Part shown: positions 21,218-31,200 of the stretch, one piece after another
Position numbering within the stretch: the first letter of the stretch is position 1
How the letters are laid out: every line of letters begins with the position of its first letter
NCBI GenBank assembly: GCA_963752285.1
Contig: CAVVXN010000002.1
Span: 64,001 to 128,000 of the forward strand
Direction: 5' to 3'
From: an uncultured Planctomycetota bacterium
GTDB taxonomy: Bacteria > Planctomycetota > PLA2 > JAEUHO01
Length of the DNA: 64,000 nt
Made by a program: the position numbers and the translations under genes
The notes under the pieces: model-generated
What the model was told of the DNA's origin: nothing
Seen by the model: only the letters and a program-made list of their open reading frames with translations
The model's database searches: none

Positions 21218-21446
21218 CGTGACCCGACTCGAGATCGGAGATCGTGAGGCTGTCGGCGCTCCGCCAGTCCTTCGCATTCGTGAGCCCGCTCGTGGCGTGG
21301 AAGACCGGAGCGCCGCCGTCCTGGTAGGCCGCGCCGACCACGTTGTCGCCCGTGAAGTCGAAGGTGAGGGCGATCCCATCCGCGCGGGCCGAGCCGGCAC
21401 AGGCGATCCACAGCGCGGCACCGATCAAGACACTTACAAGCCTCAT
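21218..21446 (-). pseudogene. 5' fragment of the PEP-CTERM gene at 24644-25435, truncated by deletion
   Basis: Matches MRLVSVLIG...ISDLE of the intact gene and then joins the hipB remnant. Confidence 0.8.
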
Positions 21447-21904
21447 TCCGACTTACTCGGGCGCGACCCTGCCGCCTCTTGAACTTAATGGGCGACATCG
21501 GCGATCGCTTTGGGGACCGTTGCGAGCGACGCGTCCCGGCCCCCTCGGACTCTGCCACCACGCCCCCGCTTCTCGCGCCGGGGCCCGGTTGGCACCCAAC
21601 TCGGCGGCCAAGCGTCTACCTCGGGCCACCTTTGTCGCTCTCGGTGGATGAGCGCTGTCGATCGCACCTCGCCTCGGCCTCCGCGCCGCTCTCCTCCGCC
21701 GTCTCAGTGCGCCACGGCGAGTCGCTGTCCACCCCCAGGGCCGCCAGGGACTGCCCGTGCCCGTTGCCGGGGCCCCCGGGTCGCCCGCGTGGGGTCGCAT
21801 GCGCCCGCGCGCGAATTCCCCTCCCCTCGCCAGGTCCAGGCCGAAGCTGCGCGAGACCGATCCCCCAGGTCCCGGCCGATCGCGACGGCCGCAGGAACCG
21901 ACCG

Positions 21905-21994
21905 GCGGAGGTGTACCGCCTCCTTCATGAGCCCGACCGCGCCGTGGCCGCGGCGAAGCGGGCCTTCGCCGGCGAGGTCCCCCCGCGGGGGGCC
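21905..21994 (+). repeat. displaced ~90-bp fragment of the kinase TPR region
   Basis: Similar to about 30489-30578 (AEVYRLLHEPDRAVAAAKRA[F/V]AGEVPPRG). Confidence 0.8.
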
Positions 21995-22347
21995 CGCGAC
22001 TTCGCTACCGCGCGATCTGGATCGACCGCCCCGCCTGAGCGCCGGCGGAACCCGTACCGCGACACCGCCGCGGGGGTCGGTCGAGCGGGGCGCGTTCGGG
22101 TCGAGGTGGGCGAGGCCGGCGCGGGCGAGGTAGTCGGCGAGCGGCTCGAGGCCCATCTCGGCGCGCCGTCCGTCGAATCCGGGCCCGCCCCCCGCGCGAC
22201 AGCGCCCCGCGGCACGCGTCGGCCTACCCCCGTACGGTGCCGAACCCATTCAGAACAGCGAGGAGCCTTTCCTGTCTTGTGCCTCGCGTGCTGCGTCGGG
22301 CGGCGTGGCGTTCGTGACCGCGTCGGTGCCCGGAGCGGTCCCTCCGT

Positions 22348-22737
22348 GTGGGTGTCGCGGGATGCGCCGTGGGCCGGGGCCCGACGCCGGCCTCGCCGGC
22401 GCCCGCCGGGGTCTACCGGCCGCGGCACCCGGAGCGCACGCCCCTCTACCGGGTGATCGAGGCGCGCTTCGAGGAGTACCGGCGCGTGTATGCCGACCGC
22501 TTCGAGCCCGAGGCCGGGCCCTGGCGAACGGAGGTGGAGGAGGCGGTGCACGCGTTCCTGGACTGAGGGCGGCTCCACGGGGGTTTCGCCCGGATCCGGT
22601 GCCCGAGGTGCGGAGCCGAGCACCTGCTGGCCTTCTCGTGCCGGACGCGCAACCTCTGTCCGTCGTGCCAGTCCAAGCGGTCGGCCCTCTTCGGGGAGTG
22701 GCTGGTGGATGCGGTGCTGCTCGACGTGCCTCACCGC
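22348..22737 (+). pseudogene. IS91/ISCR-family transposase N-terminal zinc-binding domain remnant
   Basis: YRPRHPERTPLY...FLD*GRLHGGFARIRCPRCGAEHLLAFSCRTRNLCPSC...LLDVPHR. It has an in-frame TGA at 22564 and is cut off where duplication copy B begins. Confidence 0.8.
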
Positions 22738-23023
22738 CCTGGGGCGGCCGGAGGGGGGCCCGGGCGGGGCGCCGTCACTCGGCGTGCGCCCCGCCTCGGG
22801 TCCCTCGGCCGTCGGTTCGGCCGCCACACGCGAGCCGCCATGCGTCGTTCAGCGAACGGTCGCTCTGCGTCGGCCAAGTACCCGCCTCCGGCTCGAAACG
22901 GTGGCCCGTCCTGGACTCGACCGAAGGGCCGCCAAGACCGGCAAAACGGGTCGGGAGTCGATGTTCGCGCATGGCCGCGTGCGCGGCCGGTTGCCGTCCG
23001 CGTGTCACACGCGGTCGAGCGTG

Positions 23024-24014
23024 CTACGCGAGCTTGCGCCGGCGGCGGCGCCGCACCGCGAGCCCCCCCAGCGCCAGGCCGGTGAGGGCGAGGGTGGCAG
23101 GCTCGGGGACGGGGACGGGAGAACCCAGGAGCGCGTACCCGGTGAAACCGCCGGCAGCGAGGGCGGTGTAGCCCGTGCCGGTGGGAGCGTTGCTGACCTG
23201 GCCGTAGCCGTCATAGCCCCACGCGAGGATGCTGCCGTCGGCGGCCAGGGCGTACCCGTTGTAGCAGCCGCCGGCGATGGCGGTGTAGCCCGTGCCGGTG
23301 GGAGCGTTGCTGACCTGGCCGTAGTAGTCATAGCCCCACGCGACGATGCTGCCGTCGGCGGCCAGGGCGTACCCGTTGTAGTAGCCGCCGGCGATGGCGG
23401 TGTAGCCCGTGCCGGTGGGAGCGTTGCTGACCTCGCCGTAGAAGTCATAGCCCCACGCGACGATGCTGCCGTCGGCGGCCAGGGCGTACCCGTTGTAGTC
23501 GCCGCCGGCGATGGCGGTGTAGCCCGTGCCGGTGGGAGCGTTGCTGACCTGGCCGTAGCCGTCATAGCCCCACGCGAGGATGCTGCCGTCGGCGGCCAGG
23601 GCGTACCCGTTGTAGCCGCCGCCGGCGAGGGCGGTGTAGCCCGTGCCGGTGGGAGCGTTGCTGACCTGGCCGTAGCGTCAGTAGCCCCACGCGAGGATGC
23701 TGCCGTCGGCGGCCAGGGCGTACCCGGTGTAGTTGCCGCCGGCGATGGCGGTGTAGCCCGTGCCGGTGGGAGCGTTGCTGACCTGGCCTTGGCCGTCATA
23801 GCCCCACGCGAGGATGCTGCCGTCGGCGGCCAGGGCGTACCCGTTGTAGGTAGCCGCCGGCGATGGCGGTGTAGCCCGTGCCGGTGGGAGCGTTGCTGAC
23901 CTCGCCGTAGGAGTCATAGCCCCACGCCGTGATGCCATCCGCCCGCGCCGGTGCCGCTAGACCGACGGCCCCCAGGACTACCACGAGCAACCCGATTCCC
24001 TTGGTCAGACGCAT
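23024..24014 (-). CDS. PEP-CTERM protein with seven 39-aa RCC1-like repeats, copy B (+1 frameshift near 23850; compensating indels near 23678)
   Basis: Same signal peptide, 7 x 117-bp units and VPEP tail as copy A. Confidence 0.85.
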
Positions 24015-24199
24015 GTCCATCCTCCAGCTTCCGAAGCGGCGTCGGCCCTCCACCCTTCCGAGGTGCGGTGCCCTCCGCCTCCAAGAATCCAATGGCGGTT
24101 TCCGGCGCAAAGCGGACACGAATGGAGGGTCCTTGGTCCCAGCGCGGCGCGCTCGACCCCTCGCCAATCGGCGCCGCGGCCGGCCGACCGCCGCGCGGG

Positions 24200-24463
24200 C
24201 CGCGGCAGGCGCCGCGCCCTGGACCTCCACCAGGCTGCCTGGCTGGGCGCGTCGGCGTCAGTCGCCAGCGGAGCATCGAGGTCGAGCTGGGGAAGCCGCG
24301 AGCCTCGCTGCACCTGGTCCTGCGCACACTGGAGGCGCTCGGCATCGAGTTGTGGACCGAGGAGCCCCCGCCGAGTGCGTCGCACGGATCCGTACCGGGG
24401 GCCTCCGTCGATCTCGGTGGCGTCGTGGACGCGCACACGACACCCCGCGGGGGGCGGCCGTGA
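24200..24463 (+). pseudogene. HipB/XRE-type HTH antitoxin remnant
   Basis: LAGRVGVSRQRSIEVELGKPRASLHLVLRTLEALGIEL resembles an XRE HTH; the 5' part is degraded. Confidence 0.6.
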
Positions 24464-24545
24464 TCTCCAAGGAACTCGTCGCCGTCCTGGGGGGGACGGA
24501 GGTCGGTCGCCTGACATGCGACCGCAACGGTCGGTCGCGGTACGC
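24460..24545 (+). pseudogene. HipA N-terminal fragment
   Basis: GTGA overlap with the HTH gene stop; MISKELVAVLGGTEVGRLTCDRNGR, then truncated. Confidence 0.5.
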
Positions 24546-24643
24546 CGCCCACGGTTGCCGGAGGCGGGCAAAAGCGCGGACACGATCACCCATCCGTGGA
24601 GATGGGGTGTCGGTCGTCCCTGCGGCCGTAGCGCCGAATTCGC

Positions 24644-25435
24644 CTAGACGGCCTGCGCGCGGCGCCTCCGCGTGAGAAGGCCGAGGCAGCCCAGCCCCGT
24701 GACCAGCAGCAACAGCGTGGCGGGCTCCGGAACGGGGGTGGTGACCGTGAGCCGGATCCAGAGCATCTGGTCCTGTGTGGTCGTGAAATTGTCACCTGCC
24801 CACAGCCACTGGGCGGAATCGCTGATCGAGCCGAGGCCCGTGCCCCCGTTCCAGGGAGCGCTGTTCTTCCCGCCGTAGCTCGTCACGTCGCTCCAGGAGA
24901 TGTCGTTGAAGTCCCATCCAGTCGGCAGGCTGTTCGAGTCGAGCCAGCCGGTGGTGGGCGTCAACGTGACCCCCTCGTCGCCATCAATGCCGCCGCTCCC
25001 GTCGATGTCGTACGAGAAGACGTTGCTGTAGGCCCAGTGGCCGACGTCCCCGCTCTCGTATTCCTTTGTGACGACCGAGAGCCCGCCGCCCGAGACCTCG
25101 GCGAGGAACGCCGCCGGGTTGCCGGAGCCTGCGGCACCCTCGTCCGGATCGCTGTACGGGTCCCCCGACGTGAGGCCGTTTCGGACGAGGAAGATGAACT
25201 GGTACTCGTGACCCCACTCGAGATCGGAGATCGTGAGGCTGTCGGCGCTCCGCCAGTCCTTCGCATTCGTGAGCCCGCTCGTGGCGTGGAAGACCGGAGC
25301 GCCGCCGTCCTGGTAAGCCGCGCCGACCACGTTGTCGCCCGTGAAGTCGAAGGTGAGGGCGATCCCATCCGCGCGGGCCGAGCCGGCGCAGGCGATCCAC
25401 AGCGCGGCACCGATCAAGACACTTACAAGCCTCAT
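24644..25435 (-). CDS. PEP-CTERM surface protein
   Basis: Signal peptide, GNPAAFLAEV, AQWLW and VPEPATLLLL-RRRR tail. Confidence 0.85.
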   Translation of the reverse strand: MRLVSVLIGAALWIACAGSARADGIALTFDFTGDNVVGAAYQDGGAPVFHATSGLTNAKDWRSADSLTISDLEWGHEYQFIFLVRNGLTSGDPYSDPDEGAAGSGNPAAFLAEVSGGGLSVVTKEYESGDVGHWAYSNVFSYDIDGSGGIDGDEGVTLTPTTGWLDSNSLPTGWDFNDISWSDVTSYGGKNSAPWNGGTGLGSISDSAQWLWAGDNFTTTQDQMLWIRLTVTTPVPEPATLLLLVTGLGCLGLLTRRRRAQAV

Positions 25436-25837
25436 TCCGACCTCCTCGGGCGCGACCCTGCCGCCTCTTGAACTTAATGGGCGACATCGGCGATCGCTTT
25501 GGGGACCGTTGCGAGCGACGCGTCCCGGCCCCCTCGGACTCTGCCACCACGCCCCCGCTTCTCGCGCCGGGGCCCGGTTGGCACCCAACTCGGCGGCCAA
25601 GCGTCTACCTCGGGCCACCTTTGTCGCTCTCGGTGGATGAGCGCTGTCGATCGCACCTCGCCTGGGCCTCCGCGCCGCTCTCCTCCGCCGTCTCAGTGCG
25701 CCACGGCGAGTCGCTGCCCACCCCCAGGGCCGCCAGGGACTGCCCGTGCCCGTTGCCGGGGCCCCCGGGTCGCCCGCGTGGGGTCGCATGCGCCCGCGCG
25801 CGAATTCCCCTCCCCTCGCCAGGTCCAGGCCGAAGAA

Positions 25838-25929
25838 CGACTCCCGACCCGTTTTTTCGGCCTACGTGCCGTGGCCGTCCTGGCGAGGACCGAAGGGCCG
25901 CCATGCTCGAGAATACGGGTCGGGAGTCG
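25838..25929. repeat. 92-bp palindromic element (REPIN/MITE-like)
   Basis: Ends CGACTCCCGACCCG...CGGGTCGGGAGTCG; same length and similar interior as 32238-32329. Confidence 0.8.
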
Positions 25930-26044
25930 ATGGCTGCGTTCCGGGACAGCGCTCATGCTGCGCCCTCGAAACTCGGGGGCACGAAACGAGCCCGGGCGGG
26001 GCGCGACCCTTCGGCCGGCGCCCCGCCCGGCTCGGGATGGTCGG

Positions 26045-27412
26045 CTACTCGGCCGTCAGGCGGGCGACGAACCAGACCCAGTCGGTCGTCGTGTCGTCCC
26101 GCGCGGCGGTGTGGGACAGGCCGCCTACGTACGTCTCTCCCGCGGCGTCCACGAGGCAGCCGAAGGCCTGGTTGTAGGGGAGGACCTGGAGGGGGCCGGC
26201 GACGCCGTCCTGGCCGAACGTGTCGTCGAGCTCGCCCGTGTCGGTGAGCCTCACGGCGTAGGCGTCCGCGATCGTGCCGCCCGCGGCGTAGTTCCACGCG
26301 TAGCCCGCGACCACGATCTCGCCCGTGGGCGCGAGCGCGAGCGAAGCGTAGGCGTCGAAGCGATCGTAGCCGTCGATCGCGACCGCCACCTCGCCGTCGG
26401 TCCCGAAGGTGTCGTCCGCGGCCAACGTGCCCGAATCGACCGTGAACCGTCGGACGAGCATGTTGCCGCCGTTCGTCTGGGTGAGGTCCGAGACCAGGAT
26501 CCGGTCGTCGTCGTCCACCGCCACCGCGCCGGGCACCAGGCCGGCCCGCGTCAGCTCGTCGAGGGGGGATCCGTCCGCCGAGAGGAGGATCAGGCGCGAG
26601 AGCTGCGTCGTCTGCGTTCCGCCGGTGTGGGCGGCCACGACGATGCTCCCGTCCGCGAGCACGGCCAGCGCGTTTCGGTTGGCGCGGTCGTCGTTGGCCG
26701 CTCCGCCGGTCTTCTGGTTGTTGGGGTCGTAGACCCAGTAGCCGTTGGTGGCGAAGGACGTGTCCAGGGCGCCGTCGCTATCGAGGCGGGCCACGAAGAT
26801 CTCGGGGTAGCTCGCGTAGTTCTTCCCCGGCGGAGGCGCGCCCGCCTGCCCGGCGGCGAGGATCTTCCCGTCGGAGAGCACGAGGAGGGAGTTGACCCGC
26901 GCGTTGAGGGATCCCGGCACGTCGAGGTGCGCGACGCCGTCCGTCCCGAAGGACGTGTCGAGGCTGCCCGCGGCCGTGAGCCGGGCCACCGCGCCGACCG
27001 ACTTCGTCGTGACCGTCGGGTGCCTCTTCTTCCCCGTGACGGTCGTGACGTTCGCGCACCCGCCCGCGAGGATCCCGTCGCCCGACGTGACCGCCAGCGC
27101 CTGGAGATTCGCCTGGTCGGCCGAGGTGAAGACGTTCGCGACGCCGCCGCTTCCGAAGCCGAGGTCCGCCGCGCCGTTCGCGTCGAAGCGCCGAAGCTCC
27201 CAGGGGCCGTTGATCGGGGACCCGCCGCCGACCACGCCGCCGTCCGACTGCCCGACCATCTGGACCATCGGGGACAGCCACGCGAGGTCCCCCGTCATCG
27301 CGAAGCCCCCGATCCCGTAGTCCTGGTCGAGGTCACCCGCCGCCGCCCAGGCCGTCCCCGCCGCCAGCGCGAGAAAGAGGATCGCCCGGCTCCATCCCCC
27401 TCGTCCCCGCAT
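26045..27412 (-). CDS. secreted delta-60 repeat (beta-propeller) protein
   Basis: Signal peptide and repeated RLxxxGxLDxxFGxxG and LxDGKILAAG motifs. Confidence 0.85.
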   Translation of the reverse strand: MRGRGGWSRAILFLALAAGTAWAAAGDLDQDYGIGGFAMTGDLAWLSPMVQMVGQSDGGVVGGGSPINGPWELRRFDANGAADLGFGSGGVANVFTSADQANLQALAVTSGDGILAGGCANVTTVTGKKRHPTVTTKSVGAVARLTAAGSLDTSFGTDGVAHLDVPGSLNARVNSLLVLSDGKILAAGQAGAPPPGKNYASYPEIFVARLDSDGALDTSFATNGYWVYDPNNQKTGGAANDDRANRNALAVLADGSIVVAAHTGGTQTTQLSRLILLSADGSPLDELTRAGLVPGAVAVDDDDRILVSDLTQTNGGNMLVRRFTVDSGTLAADDTFGTDGEVAVAIDGYDRFDAYASLALAPTGEIVVAGYAWNYAAGGTIADAYAVRLTDTGELDDTFGQDGVAGPLQVLPYNQAFGCLVDAAGETYVGGLSHTAARDDTTTDWVWFVARLTAE

Positions 27413-27645
27413 CCGACCCGCGCGCCTCTGGCGCCCTCCCGATCCCAGCCGTACGTCGTCCATGTCCGTGTCTCCAGAAGGGGCGGGCCGACCCCGCCCC
27501 CTCGAGATTGGCGTTTCCCGCGAAAACCCGCCGCGGCGGGTTTCGGGCCGTGTTCGCCAAGGGAAGGGAGCGGGCCCGAGGTCCCCTTGTGGAGCGTGGG
27601 GGGACAGCCCTAGCATCCGGGGCGGTTCCCGGGGAAGCGGGGGGC

Positions 27646-28248
27646 ATGGCGGCGGACGGACGTTCGGACGAGGATCTCGCAGGGCGCGCCGCCTCGGGCG
27701 ACGCCACGGCCCTCACCGCGCTCTTCGAGCGCTACCGCCCGCGCCTCTGGGCGCACGCGCGGCGGCGCCTCCCCGCGGTCCTCCGCGCGCGGCTCGCCGA
27801 GTCGGACCTCGTCCAGGAGGCGTGGCTCACCACGAGCCGCCGGCTCTCGGAGTTCGACGACCGCGGCCCCGGCTCGTTCGGCCGCTGGCTCCGCGGAATC
27901 CTCGACAACAAGCTCCGCGACCAGATCCGCCACCATCTCCAGGCCCGCCGCCGCGACGCGAGGCGCGAGCGTGCGCCGGCCGAAACGCCGCCGCCGCTTG
28001 CGGGACACGATCCGTCGCCGAGCGCGCAGGTCGCCGGACGCGAGGACCGCGAGGCGCTGCAGGACGCCCTCCGGCAGGTGCCCGATCGCCATCGCGAGAT
28101 CCTCCACCTGGTCCACCACGTCGGGCTCACGCTCGTCGAGTCCGCCGGGCGACTCGGCATCACGCCGAACGCGGCCGGCAAGCTCTACGCTCGCGCGGTC
28201 TCGAGCCTCGGCGCCGTGCTCCGAGCGCCAAGTGGACCGTCCCCGTGA
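27646..28248 (+). CDS. ECF sigma factor (kinase-associated type)
   Basis: LFERYRPRL, SDLVQEAWL, FGRWLRGIL and SPS linker motifs; overlaps the kinase start (GTGA). Confidence 0.9.
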   Translation: MAADGRSDEDLAGRAASGDATALTALFERYRPRLWAHARRRLPAVLRARLAESDLVQEAWLTTSRRLSEFDDRGPGSFGRWLRGILDNKLRDQIRHHLQARRRDARRERAPAETPPPLAGHDPSPSAQVAGREDREALQDALRQVPDRHREILHLVHHVGLTLVESAGRLGITPNAAGKLYARAVSSLGAVLRAPSGPSP

Positions 28249-31200
28249 CCCCCGACGAACGCGTGGACGAGATCTTCGCCGCCTGGCGCGCGGCGTGGGA
28301 CCGCGGGGAACGGATCGAGCCGCGGCGGGTCGTGGCCGAGCACCCGGACGTGGCCGAGGCGCTCGCGCTCCGCTTCGAGGTGCTCTCCCTCCTCGATCGC
28401 GTCGTCGGGGAAGCCCTCGCGGGGTCCCCGCTCGAGGGGGCCTCGCCCGGGGGCGCGCCCCCGGCCGAGGGTCGGGTCCTCGGCGACTACCGCCTCCTCC
28501 GCGAGGTCGGCCGCGGCGGCATGGGCGTCGTGTACGAGGCGGAGCAGGTGTCCATGCGACGCCGCGTCGCCTTGAAGGTGCTCTACCCCACGGTCACGCA
28601 GAGCCCGAGGGCCATCGAGCGCTTCCGCCGGGAGGCGCAGGCGACGGGCCGCCTTCACCACACGAACATCGTCTCCGTGCACGGGATCGGCAGCGAGGCC
28701 GGCACGTGGTTCTACGCCATGGACCTCGTGGAGGGACGGCCCCTCCACCGCGTGATCGAGGACATGCGCCGCCTGGAGGGCCTCCCCGCGGACGCGCCCG
28801 AGCGCCAGGAGTCGTCGTCCGCCGGCGGGGCCTTCTCGACCTCGGCGGGGCGGCCCGAGGAGTACGCCCACGTCGCGCGCGCGTTCTGGGGCGTCGCCGA
28901 CGCCCTCGCGACCGCGCACGCCGCGGGCGTCGTCCATCGCGATCTGAAGCCCGCGAACCTCCTCCTCGACGGCACCGGCACGCTCAAGATCGTGGACTTC
29001 GGGCTGGCGCGCATCCGCGGCGAGGAGGGCGCGCTCACCGTGACCGGCGACGTCGTCGGGACGCCGGCCTACATGAGCCCGGAGCAGGCGCGGGGTCGCG
29101 AGGTGGACGCGCGTTCCGACGTCTACGCGCTCGGCGCGACGCTCTACGAGGTCCTGGCCCGCCGGCCGCCCTTCGCGGGGGACGACGTGGCGGTCGTCCT
29201 TCGGCAGGTCCTCACCCGCGATCCGCCCCCGCTTCGCCGGGTCCAGCGCCGGATCCCCCGCGACCTCGAGACGATCGTGATGCGCGCGATCGAGAAGGAG
29301 CCCGAGCGCCGCTACCCGTCGGCGAAGGACCTGGCGCACGACCTGCTCCTCTTCGCCGAGGGCGGAGCGATCAAGGCCCGCCCCATCGGGCCGCTCGCCC
29401 GGGTCTGGCGCCGGCTCCGGCGGCACAAGGGGAGGACGCTCCTCGGTGCCGCCGGTCTGGCCGCGCTCGTCGTGGCGCTCCTCTTCGCACGCCGCGCGTA
29501 CGAGGAGTCCCGATCGCGGGAGCGTCTCGAGTACGACCTCCTCGTGCGCCAGGGCGTGGCCGCGGCCTGGGGCGCCGAGCTCGACGACCAGGCCGCCACG
29601 GAGGCGCGCGACCTCTTCCGCCGGGCGCTCCCGCTCGCTCCGGAGCGGTACGACGCCGACGTGGCCCTCGCGTTCCTCGAACGGGGCGCCTCGGCGCGCC
29701 TCGCGCGCGCGAAGGCCGCCCGGGGGAAGGGCCTCTCCCCGGCCGCCGCCGGCCTCCTCGAGGCCTACGTCCATCGCCGCGAGGGAGAGGAGGCCCTGGC
29801 GAAGCCCCTCGAGACGCGCTGGCGCGGCGTCGCGGGCGGCGAGGCCTTCGGACTGCTCCTCGACGCCGAGGAACGCGCCGCGCGCGGCGACTACGACGGC
29901 GCGCTCGAGGGCTACGCGGCGCTGCTGGAGCGTGCGCCGGACCCGGCCCTCCTGGCGCTCGAGGCGCATCGGCGCCGGGCCGGGCTCGCGCTCGAGGTCG
30001 GGCGATTCGAGATGGCGCTCGAGGACCTCCATGCGCTCCGGCCCGTGGGCCACCCGAGCCCGCTCCTCCTCCTCGCCGAGGCGTGGTGCTGGCGCGGGCT
30101 CGGCCGTACGGACACCGCCGAGGAGACCTTCGCGCAGGCGCTCGACCTCGCGAAGGACGACGTGAACGGCCTCTCGGCACTCGGCCAGCGCTCGATCGTG
30201 CTCGGGGCGCACGCGTGGCTCGACCGGATCGCGAAGGCGGGAGAGGAACGGTATCCCGACCACCTCGCCCTCCTCCAGGTCCGCGCGGAGTCCTCGTCCG
30301 ACGCCGGCGACTTCGCGGGCGCCGCCGCGCTCTACGAGCGCCTGGTGGGCGCCCATCCCGACGACACCGCGCTGCGGAGTCACTGGGCGAGACTCCTCTG
30401 CCGCGTGGGTCGAGGGGACGAGGCGGCGAAGGTGGTGCACGACGTCGAGGCCCGCGAACCGACCGACGCGGCGACCTTCGTGAACCTCGCGGAGGTCTAC
30501 CGCCTCCTTCACGAACCCGACCGCGCCGTGGCCGCGGCGAAGCGGGCCGTCGCTGGCGAGGTCCCCCCGCGGGGGGCCGCCGAGCAGCTCGTCCGGGCGC
30601 TGCTCAGCGCGGGACAGAAGGACGAGGCCGAGAAGGCGGCCCTCGAGGGGATGGCCCGCGCGCCGCGGGACCCCGAGGTCTTCGTGGCCGCCGCCCAGGC
30701 CGCGGCAGAGACGGGGAACCCCGAGAACGCCGTCTCGCGGTACCGGCGCGCGCTCGCGCTCGACCCGGGGCGTCCGGACGCGGCCTACCTGCTCGGAAAG
30801 CTCCTCGCCCGCGAGAAGAAGCTCGCCGAGGCCGAGACGTACCTTCGCCAGGCGGTCGAAGCGCGGCCCGACATCGCGAGCGCGCACCAGAGCCTCGCCT
30901 TCGTGCTCCGCGACGAGAACCGGCTGAAGGAGTCGATCGACGAGTTCCGCCGTGCGGTGGCGATCGACCCCAAGAACGGCCTCGCGCTCTGCGAGATCAG
31001 CAACGAACAGAGGCAGCTCGGCGATCTCGACGGCGCCGTGCGGTCGCTTCGCGAGGCGATCGCGGTCACCCCGGACGACGTGGTCCTCCACATCAACCTC
31101 GCCGGCCTCCTGAACGACGCCGAGCACTGCGACGAGGCGGCGGCCGAGCTCGAGTCCGTGGCGAGCCGCGCCCAGGGTTTCCCCGTGTTCTTCTGGAATC

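Larger units (their letters stand above)
19561..21846. repeat. segmental duplication, copy A (with an 810-bp internal deletion)
   Basis: Near-identical to 22738-25835, except that 24397-25206 is absent. Confidence 0.9.
22738..25835. repeat. segmental duplication, copy B (complete)
   Basis: Near-identical to 19561-21846. Confidence 0.9.

Noticed and set aside
19550..23899. ORF-track translations of the arrays (GGVARAGGSVADL... and PPTAASSRGAM...)
   Set aside because: These are antisense or off-frame shadows. The true frame is the WGYD...GYALAADG one, which links the signal peptide to the VPEP tail.
19847..24014. A complete DGR within the window
   Set aside because: No reverse transcriptase, accessory gene or non-coding template repeat was found; only the codon pattern is suggestive.
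25838..25929. 92-bp hairpins as integron attC sites
   Set aside because: They lack RYYYAAC/GTTRRRY ends, and there is no integron integrase in the window.
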